DNA from: Thermoproteota archaeon | GTDB lineage: Archaea > Asgardarchaeota > Jordiarchaeia > Jordiarchaeales > Freyrarchaeaceae | Length of the DNA stretch: 25,048 nt | Direction: 5' to 3' | NCBI GenBank assembly: GCA_029258835.1 | Contig: JAPDJY010000067.1 | Location: 1 to 25,048, forward strand | Shown: positions 16,389 to 24,546 of the stretch, piece after piece | How positions within the stretch are numbered: the first letter of the stretch is position 1 | Layout of the letters: each line of letters opens with the position of its first letter | Notes under the pieces: model-generated | What the model saw: only the letters and a program-made list of their open reading frames with translations | Told to the model about the DNA's origin: nothing | The model's database searches: none | Translations under genes and position numbers: made by a program

Positions 16389-17297
16389 TTACTCCCCTTC
16401 TTTTAGGAGGCTTAGCTTCTTTAGGGTTTCTTTGAGTTTTTCTATTTGCTGGCTGGAGAGGTTTGGAAGTGGTTTCCTGACCGTCGGGTTGATCGGTTTT
16501 CCAGTCAGCTTCATGGCGTTTTTTATTATGGCTGGCAGGTACTCTGTGGGGGCCAACGTGAGAAGTGGGAGGAGCTTTGTCGCGTCAGGAAGGAGAGTGC
16601 GCGCCTTCTCAAGGTCTCCTGACTTGTACGCCTCGTATATCCTTATTGCCGGCTTGGGATCAATATTTGATGTTCCAAAGATCATCCCTTTCGCCCCGGC
16701 TTCCATCGAGGCTTGCATGGTTAGCTCCGAGCCGGGGAAGACTGCGAAGTCTTCGGGGACGAGCTCGAGAACCCTCATCGTGTGCTGGGGGTCGGTCACC
16801 GTGTCCTTTATGCCGACTATGTTTTCGACCTCTGCGAGCTTAGCGACAGTTTCAGGCTTAATGTCGAAGTTTGTGACGGCGGGGAAGTTGTATATTAGCA
16901 GGGGGAGCGAGGTTGCTTCCGCCAGCCTAACGTAGTACTCATATGCCATGTCGTCGGTGACGGGGAAGTAGGATGGTATTATGGCTATCAGGGCATCTGC
17001 CCCTATACGCTCCGCTCTCCGGGCTAGTTTAGCGGCAACCCTGCAGCTGTGATGGCTCACCCCAACGATCACAGGAACCCTTCCGCCAGCCTCGTCGACA
17101 ACGACCTCTGCAACCCTGCTTCGCTCCTCCTCGGAAAGGTAGGGAAACTCCCCCGTGCTTCCAAGACAGAAAACACCGTGAACACCTTTCTTTATTAAAT
17201 AGTTAACATGCCACCTTAAGGCATCCTCGTCCAGCTCCTCTTCTTCGGTTAGGGGGGTTACCAACGGGGGAATGACGCCGCTTAAACTCATAGGCAA
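16389..17297 (-). CDS. Dihydrodipicolinate synthase / N-acetylneuraminate lyase family aldolase
   Basis: GVIPPLVTP, GSTGEF, IYNFP, and NIVGIKDT with the Schiff-base Lys. Confidence 0.9.
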   Translation of the reverse strand: MPMSLSGVIPPLVTPLTEEEELDEDALRWHVNYLIKKGVHGVFCLGSTGEFPYLSEEERSRVAEVVVDEAGGRVPVIVGVSHHSCRVAAKLARRAERIGADALIAIIPSYFPVTDDMAYEYYVRLAEATSLPLLIYNFPAVTNFDIKPETVAKLAEVENIVGIKDTVTDPQHTMRVLELVPEDFAVFPGSELTMQASMEAGAKGMIFGTSNIDPKPAIRIYEAYKSGDLEKARTLLPDATKLLPLLTLAPTEYLPAIIKNAMKLTGKPINPTVRKPLPNLSSQQIEKLKETLKKLSLLKEGE

Positions 17298-17559
17298 GCC
17301 TCCAAGAGAAGGGTTGAAAATGACGAATTTATAGTTTCCTGTAATGGGGAAGACGCCTCCTCATTTCCCGGCGAACCCTGCTTACATGGCACCAAGCCCC
17401 CTTCCAGGAACGAGTAGAATTCCCTAGAAAAATTGCTTTGATCCTCTTAAGAAAGAGGGCGTCTGCTAAGATCTTTTCTCGGAGGGAGGGTAGGCTGATG
17501 GAAGGGGGAAGGAAGGGTTTATAGGGGGTTAGATGCATAGTTTCAGGTTTGGTGGAGGG

Positions 17560-18156
17560 ATGATGGTGAACATTTTCGTTGTCGGATTGGGCGGTCAGGG
17601 AACCATAATGTTTTCGAAGATACTATCTACGGCGCTTTTAGAGACGGGTTGCAACTTGATCACCAAGGAGACGACTGGCTCAACGCATAGGGATGCCCCC
17701 GTAACGTCCGAGATAAGGGTTGGCCCTAACGTAAGGTCTCCTGGGATAATGGATGGGGAAGCCGACGTCGTAGTCGGGTTAGAGCCCATGGAGTGTCTGA
17801 GGTTTGCAAGGAAGTATAGCCCCTCGGCAACGGTCTTCGTTAACACGCACCCCGTGTACCCGCCCTTCACGATAAGCCGGAGACCATACCCTGAAGTAGG
17901 GGAAATACTGGGTGTTCTCAAGGAGCTTACCAGCAGGGTGGTGGCGTTGGATGCCACCAAGTTGGCGGAGGACGTTGGAGGCGGCTCCGCGGCGAACATG
18001 ATCATGTTAGGAGTGCTCGTCGGCTCAGGCATACTAGATCTAGATCCTGGGAAAGTTGAGGAGGTTATTTCTAGGCTTGCCCCGAAGGGGGCTGAAAAGC
18101 TTAACGTTGACGCGTTTAGGGCTGGCCTCCGTGAGGCTGAAAAAATTTTTAGGTGA
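17560..18156 (+). CDS. iorB: Indolepyruvate:ferredoxin oxidoreductase beta subunit
   Basis: VGLGGQG, ETTGSTHRDAPVTSEIR, ADVVVGLEPMECLR, AANMIMLG. ATG at 17560 or 17563 follows GGAGGG; the ORF track starts at 17533. Confidence 0.88.
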   Translation: MMVNIFVVGLGGQGTIMFSKILSTALLETGCNLITKETTGSTHRDAPVTSEIRVGPNVRSPGIMDGEADVVVGLEPMECLRFARKYSPSATVFVNTHPVYPPFTISRRPYPEVGEILGVLKELTSRVVALDATKLAEDVGGGSAANMIMLGVLVGSGILDLDPGKVEEVISRLAPKGAEKLNVDAFRAGLREAEKIFR

Positions 18157-20105
18157 TGTGGATGAGAGAGGAAAGGTATGTTAGGAGAACCTTCCGCAAG
18201 TTCACCACTTACGACGTTGTAAGGGATGAGCCGGGGACCGTGGTCCTCCTAAACGGGAATGAAGCTGTTGCAAGAGGGGCAATAGAGGCTGGGGTGACCG
18301 TGGCGACAGGCTACCCGGGTTCCCCTGCAACCTACATTCTTGAGAACCTTGCCTTAGCAGCTGAAAGATACGATATTCACGCAGAGTGGTCCACCAACGA
18401 GATGGTCGCTTATGAGGTGGCCTTCGGGGCAGCTGCGACGGGCGCCAAGGCTATAGCGTCCATGAAGAATGTCGGTATGAACTGGATAATGGATCCCTTA
18501 AGGAATTCCGTTGGGCTTGAGATTAAGGGTGCTCTGGTCGTGGCCGTGGTTGATGACCCCGGGTCTGACGTGACGACCAACGAGCAGGATAGCCGCTACC
18601 TCGCCCGCTTCGCCGAGATCCCCGTGTTCACTCCCGCCACCATCCAGGAGGCTAAGGACCTGACGGTTGAAGCCTTCAGATTCTCTGAGGAGCTTTCGAT
18701 ACCTGTAGTCGTCTGCCCGACGAGGCAGCTGGTCTATGCTAGGGGGAACGTTACCCTCGGCCCCGTAAGAAGAGCGGAGCGGAAGGCTCCAAGGCTTGAG
18801 AAAAACTTCCGGTTCGTGACCGGGCTAGGGGTAATGGCCGTTTCACGCCACAGGAAGCACCATGCCCAAACCCTTAAAAGGCTTGAAGGAATGGTTGATG
18901 GGTTGAGCTGGAACGAGCTGAAGCTTGACGGGGACGAGGAGGTTGGGGTAATAGCGAGCGGGCTGCCATACTCGTACATGGCTGAAGCCTTAGAGGCTTT
19001 ACCATTCAGAGATAACGTCGCATGGCTCAAGGTGGCGACGCCATACCCTCTCCCAAAGGGGAAGGTTTCCAAGCTCCTTAGAAGCGTCAACAGGGTTCTC
19101 GTGCTGGAAGAGGTGGAGCCGTTCATAGAGGAGCAAGTCATGGCGCTGTCGGCGACGCTCAGCGAGCACGCTGAGATCGTTGGGAAGAACACCGGGCATG
19201 TTCCCATAGGAGAGCTCGACAGGAAGCTGGTCGAAGAGGTTCTCTGCCGGGTTTACGGGGTGCCCTACAAGCCGAGGGTGCCGCCGGAGCATGTTGCCAA
19301 GGCGAAGCAGGCTGCGTCGAAGCTGCCCTTCAGACCGTTCGTAAGCTGGTGTCCGGGATGCCCGCACCTCGCATCATATTATAGCCTTAAGAAGGCCGTA
19401 AGGAAGCTTTTCGGCAAAGACTACAATGTTCACGGGGAGATAGGATGCTACCAGATGGCGATACTTCCGCCGGTTGAGATGGTTGACACGTGCATTTGCA
19501 TGGGGTCGTCGACCGGAGTCGGGTGCGGCGTCTACCATGCAGGGGCGCCAGGCAAGAACATAGCTACTATGGGGGACAGTTCGTTCTTCCACGCGTCCAT
19601 ACCAAGCTTGATAAATGCCGTGTATAACAAGGCGGACCTGACTGTGGTTGTCCTCGACAATAGGACGACGGGGGCCACGGGGCATCAACCTCACCCGGGA
19701 GCATTCGGGGTTACAGCTACGGGGGAGCCAACTAAGATGCTTGACGTGGCGGAGGTGGCGAGGGCTTGCGGGGTGGACCTGGTGGAGGTGGTTGACCCTT
19801 ACAACTTGAGGGAGACGCAGGAGGCGATGGAGAGGGCGCTCAGCCATAAGGGGGTCTCTGTCGTCGTCTGCCGTAGGGTTTGCGCGGTCATAGCGGTAAG
19901 GCAGAAGGGAGGAATGACCTCGCCGGAAATTAAGAAGTACTATGTGGACGGGGATGAATGCACAAACTGTAGGAAGTGCATGGAGCTAGGTTGCCCGTCA
20001 CTCTACGTGGAATCTAAGGAGGCTAAGCCAAAAATAGATAGGCTAACATGCGTTGGGTGTGGCGTCTGCAGTCAGATATGCCCGGTGGGTGCGATAAAAA
20101 CGTGA
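18153..20105 (+). CDS. iorA: Indolepyruvate:ferredoxin oxidoreductase alpha subunit
   Basis: GNEAVARGAIEAG, GYPGSP, EWSTNE, EQDSR, CPGCPH, TPP motif GDSSFFH ... LDN, and two C-terminal CxxCxxCxxxCP-type clusters. Confidence 0.93.
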   Translation: MMWMREERYVRRTFRKFTTYDVVRDEPGTVVLLNGNEAVARGAIEAGVTVATGYPGSPATYILENLALAAERYDIHAEWSTNEMVAYEVAFGAAATGAKAIASMKNVGMNWIMDPLRNSVGLEIKGALVVAVVDDPGSDVTTNEQDSRYLARFAEIPVFTPATIQEAKDLTVEAFRFSEELSIPVVVCPTRQLVYARGNVTLGPVRRAERKAPRLEKNFRFVTGLGVMAVSRHRKHHAQTLKRLEGMVDGLSWNELKLDGDEEVGVIASGLPYSYMAEALEALPFRDNVAWLKVATPYPLPKGKVSKLLRSVNRVLVLEEVEPFIEEQVMALSATLSEHAEIVGKNTGHVPIGELDRKLVEEVLCRVYGVPYKPRVPPEHVAKAKQAASKLPFRPFVSWCPGCPHLASYYSLKKAVRKLFGKDYNVHGEIGCYQMAILPPVEMVDTCICMGSSTGVGCGVYHAGAPGKNIATMGDSSFFHASIPSLINAVYNKADLTVVVLDNRTTGATGHQPHPGAFGVTATGEPTKMLDVAEVARACGVDLVEVVDPYNLRETQEAMERALSHKGVSVVVCRRVCAVIAVRQKGGMTSPEIKKYYVDGDECTNCRKCMELGCPSLYVESKEAKPKIDRLTCVGCGVCSQICPVGAIKT

Positions 20106-20230
20106 AGAAAACGTTTAATAACTCTTTTAATAACTTTAACTTTCCCTAGAGGGCTTAATTCCTCCCTTCCTTTGCTCCTTAAGGGTTAAGTGGAAAGTGT
20201 TACTTTATTATAAAGCGCTGGGGGGTTGCG

Positions 20231-21331
20231 TTGGCTAAGACGTGCGTTGTTTATACTGATGAGCTTTCAAGGTTTGAGTTTCCTCCCATGCATCCTCTTA
20301 GGCTCCACCCTTGGATGGTGTTCATTGAACAACTGAAAAAGAAGGTGGGGGCAGGAGGAAAAGAGGTGCTCCTCTTAGAAGCTGAGCCTGCATGCGAGGA
20401 AGACCTGCTCAGGGTTCACAGTGAGAGCCATGTCTCGATAATTAAGGCTTTGAGCAGGGGGGTGGATGTGAAGGTTGTGGGTTCCTTCGGGGTTACAAGC
20501 TACCTTCCCCCCGACACGCCTGTGGTTCCGGGGATCTTCGACCTCATGCTTTACTTGGTTGGAGGGGCAATCCAGGCGGGGAGGATGGTTTGGAGGGGGC
20601 GTGTGAGGAACGCCATGACTTTTGGAGGGCAGCATCACGCCTCAACCTACTACTCTTCAGGATTCTGCTACTTCAACGATATTGCGGTGATGATAGAGTG
20701 GTTAAGGGAGAAGGCTAACCTTAAGAGGGTTGCAATATTTGACTTCGACGGACACCATGGGAACGGGACACAGTTCATATACAACGAGGATCCAAACGTC
20801 CTTTACATTTCATTTCATCAGACACACGACCCCTTTGGAGAGAAGATATATCCGGGGACGGGATGGCTAAAGGACATAGGGGCGGGGGAGGGGAGAGGTT
20901 TCAAGGTTAACCTTCCCCTGCCAGTAGGTACCACCGACGAGGACTACGAGTACGCCTTAAACGAGGTCTTCAAGCCTCTGGTAGAGGAGTTTAAACCTGA
21001 GCTGCTCGTTGCAAACGGCGGCTTCGACGCCCACAAGAATGATGCCCTCCTAAACCTAAGCTTAACCCTCCACGGGTACCTCAACGTAGCTAAGACGCTC
21101 GTCGAAACCTCCGAGAAAGTTTGCAGCGGGAGGTTAGTATTGTTCACAGGTGTAGGCTACAGTCCGGAAGTTGTGGAGAGGGGGTTAAACGTGATGCTGA
21201 AAGCGTTACTAGGGAAAACGGTAGAAATAAGGGAGGAGAAAACAGGGAGAGGAAAGGTGAAGGAGGAAATTGTTAACAGAGTTGCAGAGCTCAAAAATAC
21301 ATTAAAGGACTACTGGAGCTGTTACAGGTAG
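20231..21331 (+). CDS. acuC: Zn-dependent deacetylase, AcuC/HDAC family
   Basis: HPLR, GGQHHA, SGFCYFND, DFDGHHGNGTQ, YPGTG, GFDAH, GVGY. Confidence 0.88.
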   Translation: MAKTCVVYTDELSRFEFPPMHPLRLHPWMVFIEQLKKKVGAGGKEVLLLEAEPACEEDLLRVHSESHVSIIKALSRGVDVKVVGSFGVTSYLPPDTPVVPGIFDLMLYLVGGAIQAGRMVWRGRVRNAMTFGGQHHASTYYSSGFCYFNDIAVMIEWLREKANLKRVAIFDFDGHHGNGTQFIYNEDPNVLYISFHQTHDPFGEKIYPGTGWLKDIGAGEGRGFKVNLPLPVGTTDEDYEYALNEVFKPLVEEFKPELLVANGGFDAHKNDALLNLSLTLHGYLNVAKTLVETSEKVCSGRLVLFTGVGYSPEVVERGLNVMLKALLGKTVEIREEKTGRGKVKEEIVNRVAELKNTLKDYWSCYR

Positions 21332-21555
21332 CTTTCGTAATTATAAGGGTTGTTTTGCTTGGTAGAGTAGCGTGGCAACTCTTCAAAGGAGATCTTAACA
21401 CAGCTACTTGTGAAAGTTCTTAAACTGTTAACTTAAATATATTAGCATGTGCAGGGCGGGTTCCTGAGTTTAACAATCCTTTCCAGCATCCTCGAAGGGT
21501 TAGGTGGTGGTGAAGGTAGGGAAGACTATTTTTTAACTTTTTAATAACTCCGATC

Positions 21556-22247
21556 ATGTGGATGCTTTTGATTGAAGCTGAAGGTGGTATGGTTAAAGCG
21601 GTTTTCACAGCTATTAGAAAGGAGCCGTTGGCTGTCCCTGTCATGAATAGGCTCATCGTCAGATATGGAGCGGAGTACCTTAGGAAGCTTGATGTAAGAG
21701 AGTATGTTGGAGGATTGGATGAGTTTGAGGAAGTTTGCATGAGGAGGTTGAAGCATTTCCCAACCGTGTATCAAGCTCCGATTTATGGCGTCTACAGGGC
21801 TGAGGCAGCCCTTACGGGGTTCTCTAAGGGAGCGATTTCTAGACGTGTAATCGGTGGGGCTGCCCGTGTTTACGCTGAGTTATTTAGAATGCCGAGAGAG
21901 GTGAGGGGGAAGCATACATAATGCGATCTGCGCCTTCAGAGATAAGCTTGCAGATTCCAAGCTTATGAGGAGAGAGAATGTTAAGGTGGTGGAGGAGGGA
22001 GGGCGGGTAACTGTTCACGTCAAAATGTGTCCACACACTATGCTATGTCTTGAAATGGAAAGAAGAGGGGTGCGGTCTTGAAATGGAAAGAAGAGGGGTG
22101 CGCGCCGTCTTCGGTGGGGTAGCATGCACCCAGCTCTTATTCTTCATTGGAGTTCTAGAGAGGCTATTTAAAACTACTGTGGACTCGAAGAAGCTTAAGT
22201 GTGATCTACCCAACTGCGACTTCACCATTCTTCCCTTCGAAAGGTAG
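21556..22247 (+). pseudogene. Frameshifted gene for a V4R-like (Cys-containing ligand-binding) protein
   Basis: Removing one G from the G5 run near 21905 and one copy of the 28-bp duplication gives a single ORF ending ...VRGSIHNAICAFRDKLADSKLMRRENVKVVEEGGRVTVHVKMCPHTMLCLEMERRGVRAVFGGVACTQLLFFIGVLE...NCDFTILPFER. Confidence 0.65.
22047..22102. repeat. Perfect 28-bp tandem duplication
   Basis: gtcttgaaatggaaagaagaggggtgcg at 22047-22074 and 22075-22102. Confidence 0.95.
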
Positions 22248-22352
22248 CTGACAGGTGGCTGTAAGTGGAAGGAGTTCTCCCAACGGAATTAACAATTCAT
22301 CACGTACGATTATGGCGTGTACCAGCTACCTAAGGGGTAGCAACAAGTTACC

Positions 22353-23762
22353 TTAGCTATGCTGCAACTTTTCACGTTTACCTTTGATTTTACCCCATTC
22401 GACTAGTGCTTTTAGGGCTTTAACCGCCCTTCTGGGAGTCGGGTAAACCGGGATCTTTGCTTCTAGAAGGATTTCATGGGATTTCTGGGAGAATGCCCTT
22501 GAGGCGAGCCAGCATACTATCATTGGCTTACCGTAGGAGCGCACAGTTTCCGCGGCTTCAACTATGTCTCTCGCTAGGGTTATGGCTGGCTCATCGACGG
22601 CTGTTGTGACCGTTAGAAGCAGGGCGTTAATCCTTGTTTCCCCGCATAGCACCCTGAGGCACTCCTTGAAGAGGGAGATGTTTAAGATTATCTGCCCGGT
22701 TACGTCTAGAGGGTTCTTTGCGGATGCGAAGCTGGGGAGGATCCCCCTAAGCTTGTTCTCTGCGTCGCCGTCTAGCTCGGGAACCTCCAAGCCATACTCC
22801 TCGCACAGGTCAACCATGACCGAGCACATGGCTCCACTAGTTGAAATTATAGCTACACCGTTACCTGACGGCGCGGGCTGCCAAGCTAAAGCCATGGGGA
22901 AATCGAAGAAGTCCTCAAAGTCGTCCACGCCCAGGACGCCTAGCTTCTTGAATAGGGGGGTGTAGTCTTCGGGTGGCTTAAGCCCCGTATGCTGCTTAAC
23001 AAGCTTCCTTGCCCTCCTAGAGCGCGCACTCCAGAAAACCACGACTGGTTTACCGCTTGAAATAGCCCGAGACACCGCACGGGAGAAGCCTTCAACGTCT
23101 TTGATGGATTCTAGGAAAACCGTTATGACGCTTGTGTGCTCGTCCCCTGCTAGAAAATCTAGAAAGTCTGGTGTTTCTAGGTCGGCTTCATTTCCTGTTG
23201 AAACGAAGCGGCTCACGCCCAGCTTGAGACTCCACATGTGGGTGAGGGCTGAGCCGCCGATGGCTCCACTTTGTGAGATCACGGAGACGTTACCTCTTAG
23301 CGGAGCATCGGGGATCATAATGCTTGGACTGAACGTTGCACAGAGGTTAGCTGGAGTGGAAACTACGCCTTGAGAGTTCGGCCCGAGAATACGGATTCCT
23401 GCACTCCTCGCAAGCTCAACGACTTGTTCTTGGAGGTCTACGTTTCCGGCTTCAGCGAAGCCCGACGAAAAGATAATTGCCGCCTTAACTCCTTTCTCGG
23501 CGCAGTCCCTGATTATCCCTGGAACGGTTGACGCGGGAGTTAGGATGCACGCTAGGTCCACGTCGCTTGGAACATCCTTAACGGAAGGGTAGCATTTCAT
23601 GCCTAAAACTTCGCTTTCCTTTGGGTTAACAGGGAAAACGTTGGTGAAGCCATGCTCTAGGAGGAGGCGGAGGACGATGCTTCCAAGCTTAGCTGGATTC
23701 GACGAAACACCCACAACGGCGACCGAGCGAGGGTTAAGGAGGAGGCTAACAGCTTCAGACAA
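22353..23762 (-). CDS. Second ADP-forming acyl-CoA ligase alpha-subunit homolog, with a divergent His loop
   Basis: LLNPRSVAVVG, GPNSQG, SQSGA, TGNEADL, NPLDVTG. The His loop reads WSARSRRARKLVKQHTGLKPPED. Confidence 0.88.
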   Translation of the reverse strand: MSEAVSLLLNPRSVAVVGVSSNPAKLGSIVLRLLLEHGFTNVFPVNPKESEVLGMKCYPSVKDVPSDVDLACILTPASTVPGIIRDCAEKGVKAAIIFSSGFAEAGNVDLQEQVVELARSAGIRILGPNSQGVVSTPANLCATFSPSIMIPDAPLRGNVSVISQSGAIGGSALTHMWSLKLGVSRFVSTGNEADLETPDFLDFLAGDEHTSVITVFLESIKDVEGFSRAVSRAISSGKPVVVFWSARSRRARKLVKQHTGLKPPEDYTPLFKKLGVLGVDDFEDFFDFPMALAWQPAPSGNGVAIISTSGAMCSVMVDLCEEYGLEVPELDGDAENKLRGILPSFASAKNPLDVTGQIILNISLFKECLRVLCGETRINALLLTVTTAVDEPAITLARDIVEAAETVRSYGKPMIVCWLASRAFSQKSHEILLEAKIPVYPTPRRAVKALKALVEWGKIKGKREKLQHS

Positions 23763-23812
23763 GGCCTATCACCTACAAAAATTTGATAAGAAGATGTATT
23801 TAAGTATCTGTT

Positions 23813-24400
23813 GTGGAGGAGAAATTATTGAGTGAGGAAGCCCTTGCCTACCGTCAAATGGTTCTAAACGTTGAGGAGGGGGCCAAGCTCCTCGAAGATA
23901 AGAGAAGAGAAGTGGAGTCGTCTTTTCTTCTTAAAGCGGTTAAAGTAAGGGAGTTTAACAGGGAGAAGGACGGGAGGGCATTCATCGAACTTTTCAACAA
24001 GGTTTTTCAAGCGTCACCTGACCCCTACCTGCCCCTTAAAGGGGAGGAAGTAGACGAGATCCCCGAGGAAGGGTTTTTCGTAGCTGAAATTAACGGGAGG
24101 ATTGTAGGGTTCATAATAGCGTTCGTAACTGGCGGCGGGAAGATTGGTGTGATCGGCGTTATAGGTGTTGACCCGGACTATCGCAGGATGGGAATAGCGA
24201 CCGCTCTCGCCGTTAAAGCGGCAGAATACCTCATAGAGAAGGGAGTAGAAAAAGTGGTTACTGAGGTTTACGTAGACAACATTTCATCCTATAACCTGAT
24301 AAAGTCTTTCGGGTTCAAGGAAACGGCGATTGCGGTTTACGGTATAATGGAGGCAGCATGTAAAAGGCACCCGATTAGGACACGAAGTGCCACACGCTAA
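23813..24400 (+). CDS. GNAT family N-acetyltransferase (RimI-like C-terminal part)
   Basis: FFVAEINGRIVGF, GVDPDYRRMGIATAL, DNISSYNLIKSFGF. The likely start is the TTG at 23828. Confidence 0.85.
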   Translation: MEEKLLSEEALAYRQMVLNVEEGAKLLEDKRREVESSFLLKAVKVREFNREKDGRAFIELFNKVFQASPDPYLPLKGEEVDEIPEEGFFVAEINGRIVGFIIAFVTGGGKIGVIGVIGVDPDYRRMGIATALAVKAAEYLIEKGVEKVVTEVYVDNISSYNLIKSFGFKETAIAVYGIMEAACKRHPIRTRSATR

Positions 24401-24546
24401 CCGGAGCAATTCCATCACTTACATCAAATCATTAAAAAAGAAAAAAAGATAGGGTTTGATTTTAAACAAAGCCGGGTTTTAGGCGAAAAGATTTTATTCT
24501 AGAGGATGCAAGGTAGTGCCGAGAGGTCTAAGGGAGATGGGAGAGG

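Noticed and set aside
16389-17297. Assigning dapA (lysine biosynthesis)
   Set aside because: Family motifs are present, but there are no other dap genes and the context is catabolic, so specificity cannot be called.
21900-21921. Programmed frameshift at the G run
   Set aside because: A second independent lesion downstream would still break the product, and no slippery heptamer or stimulatory structure is evident.
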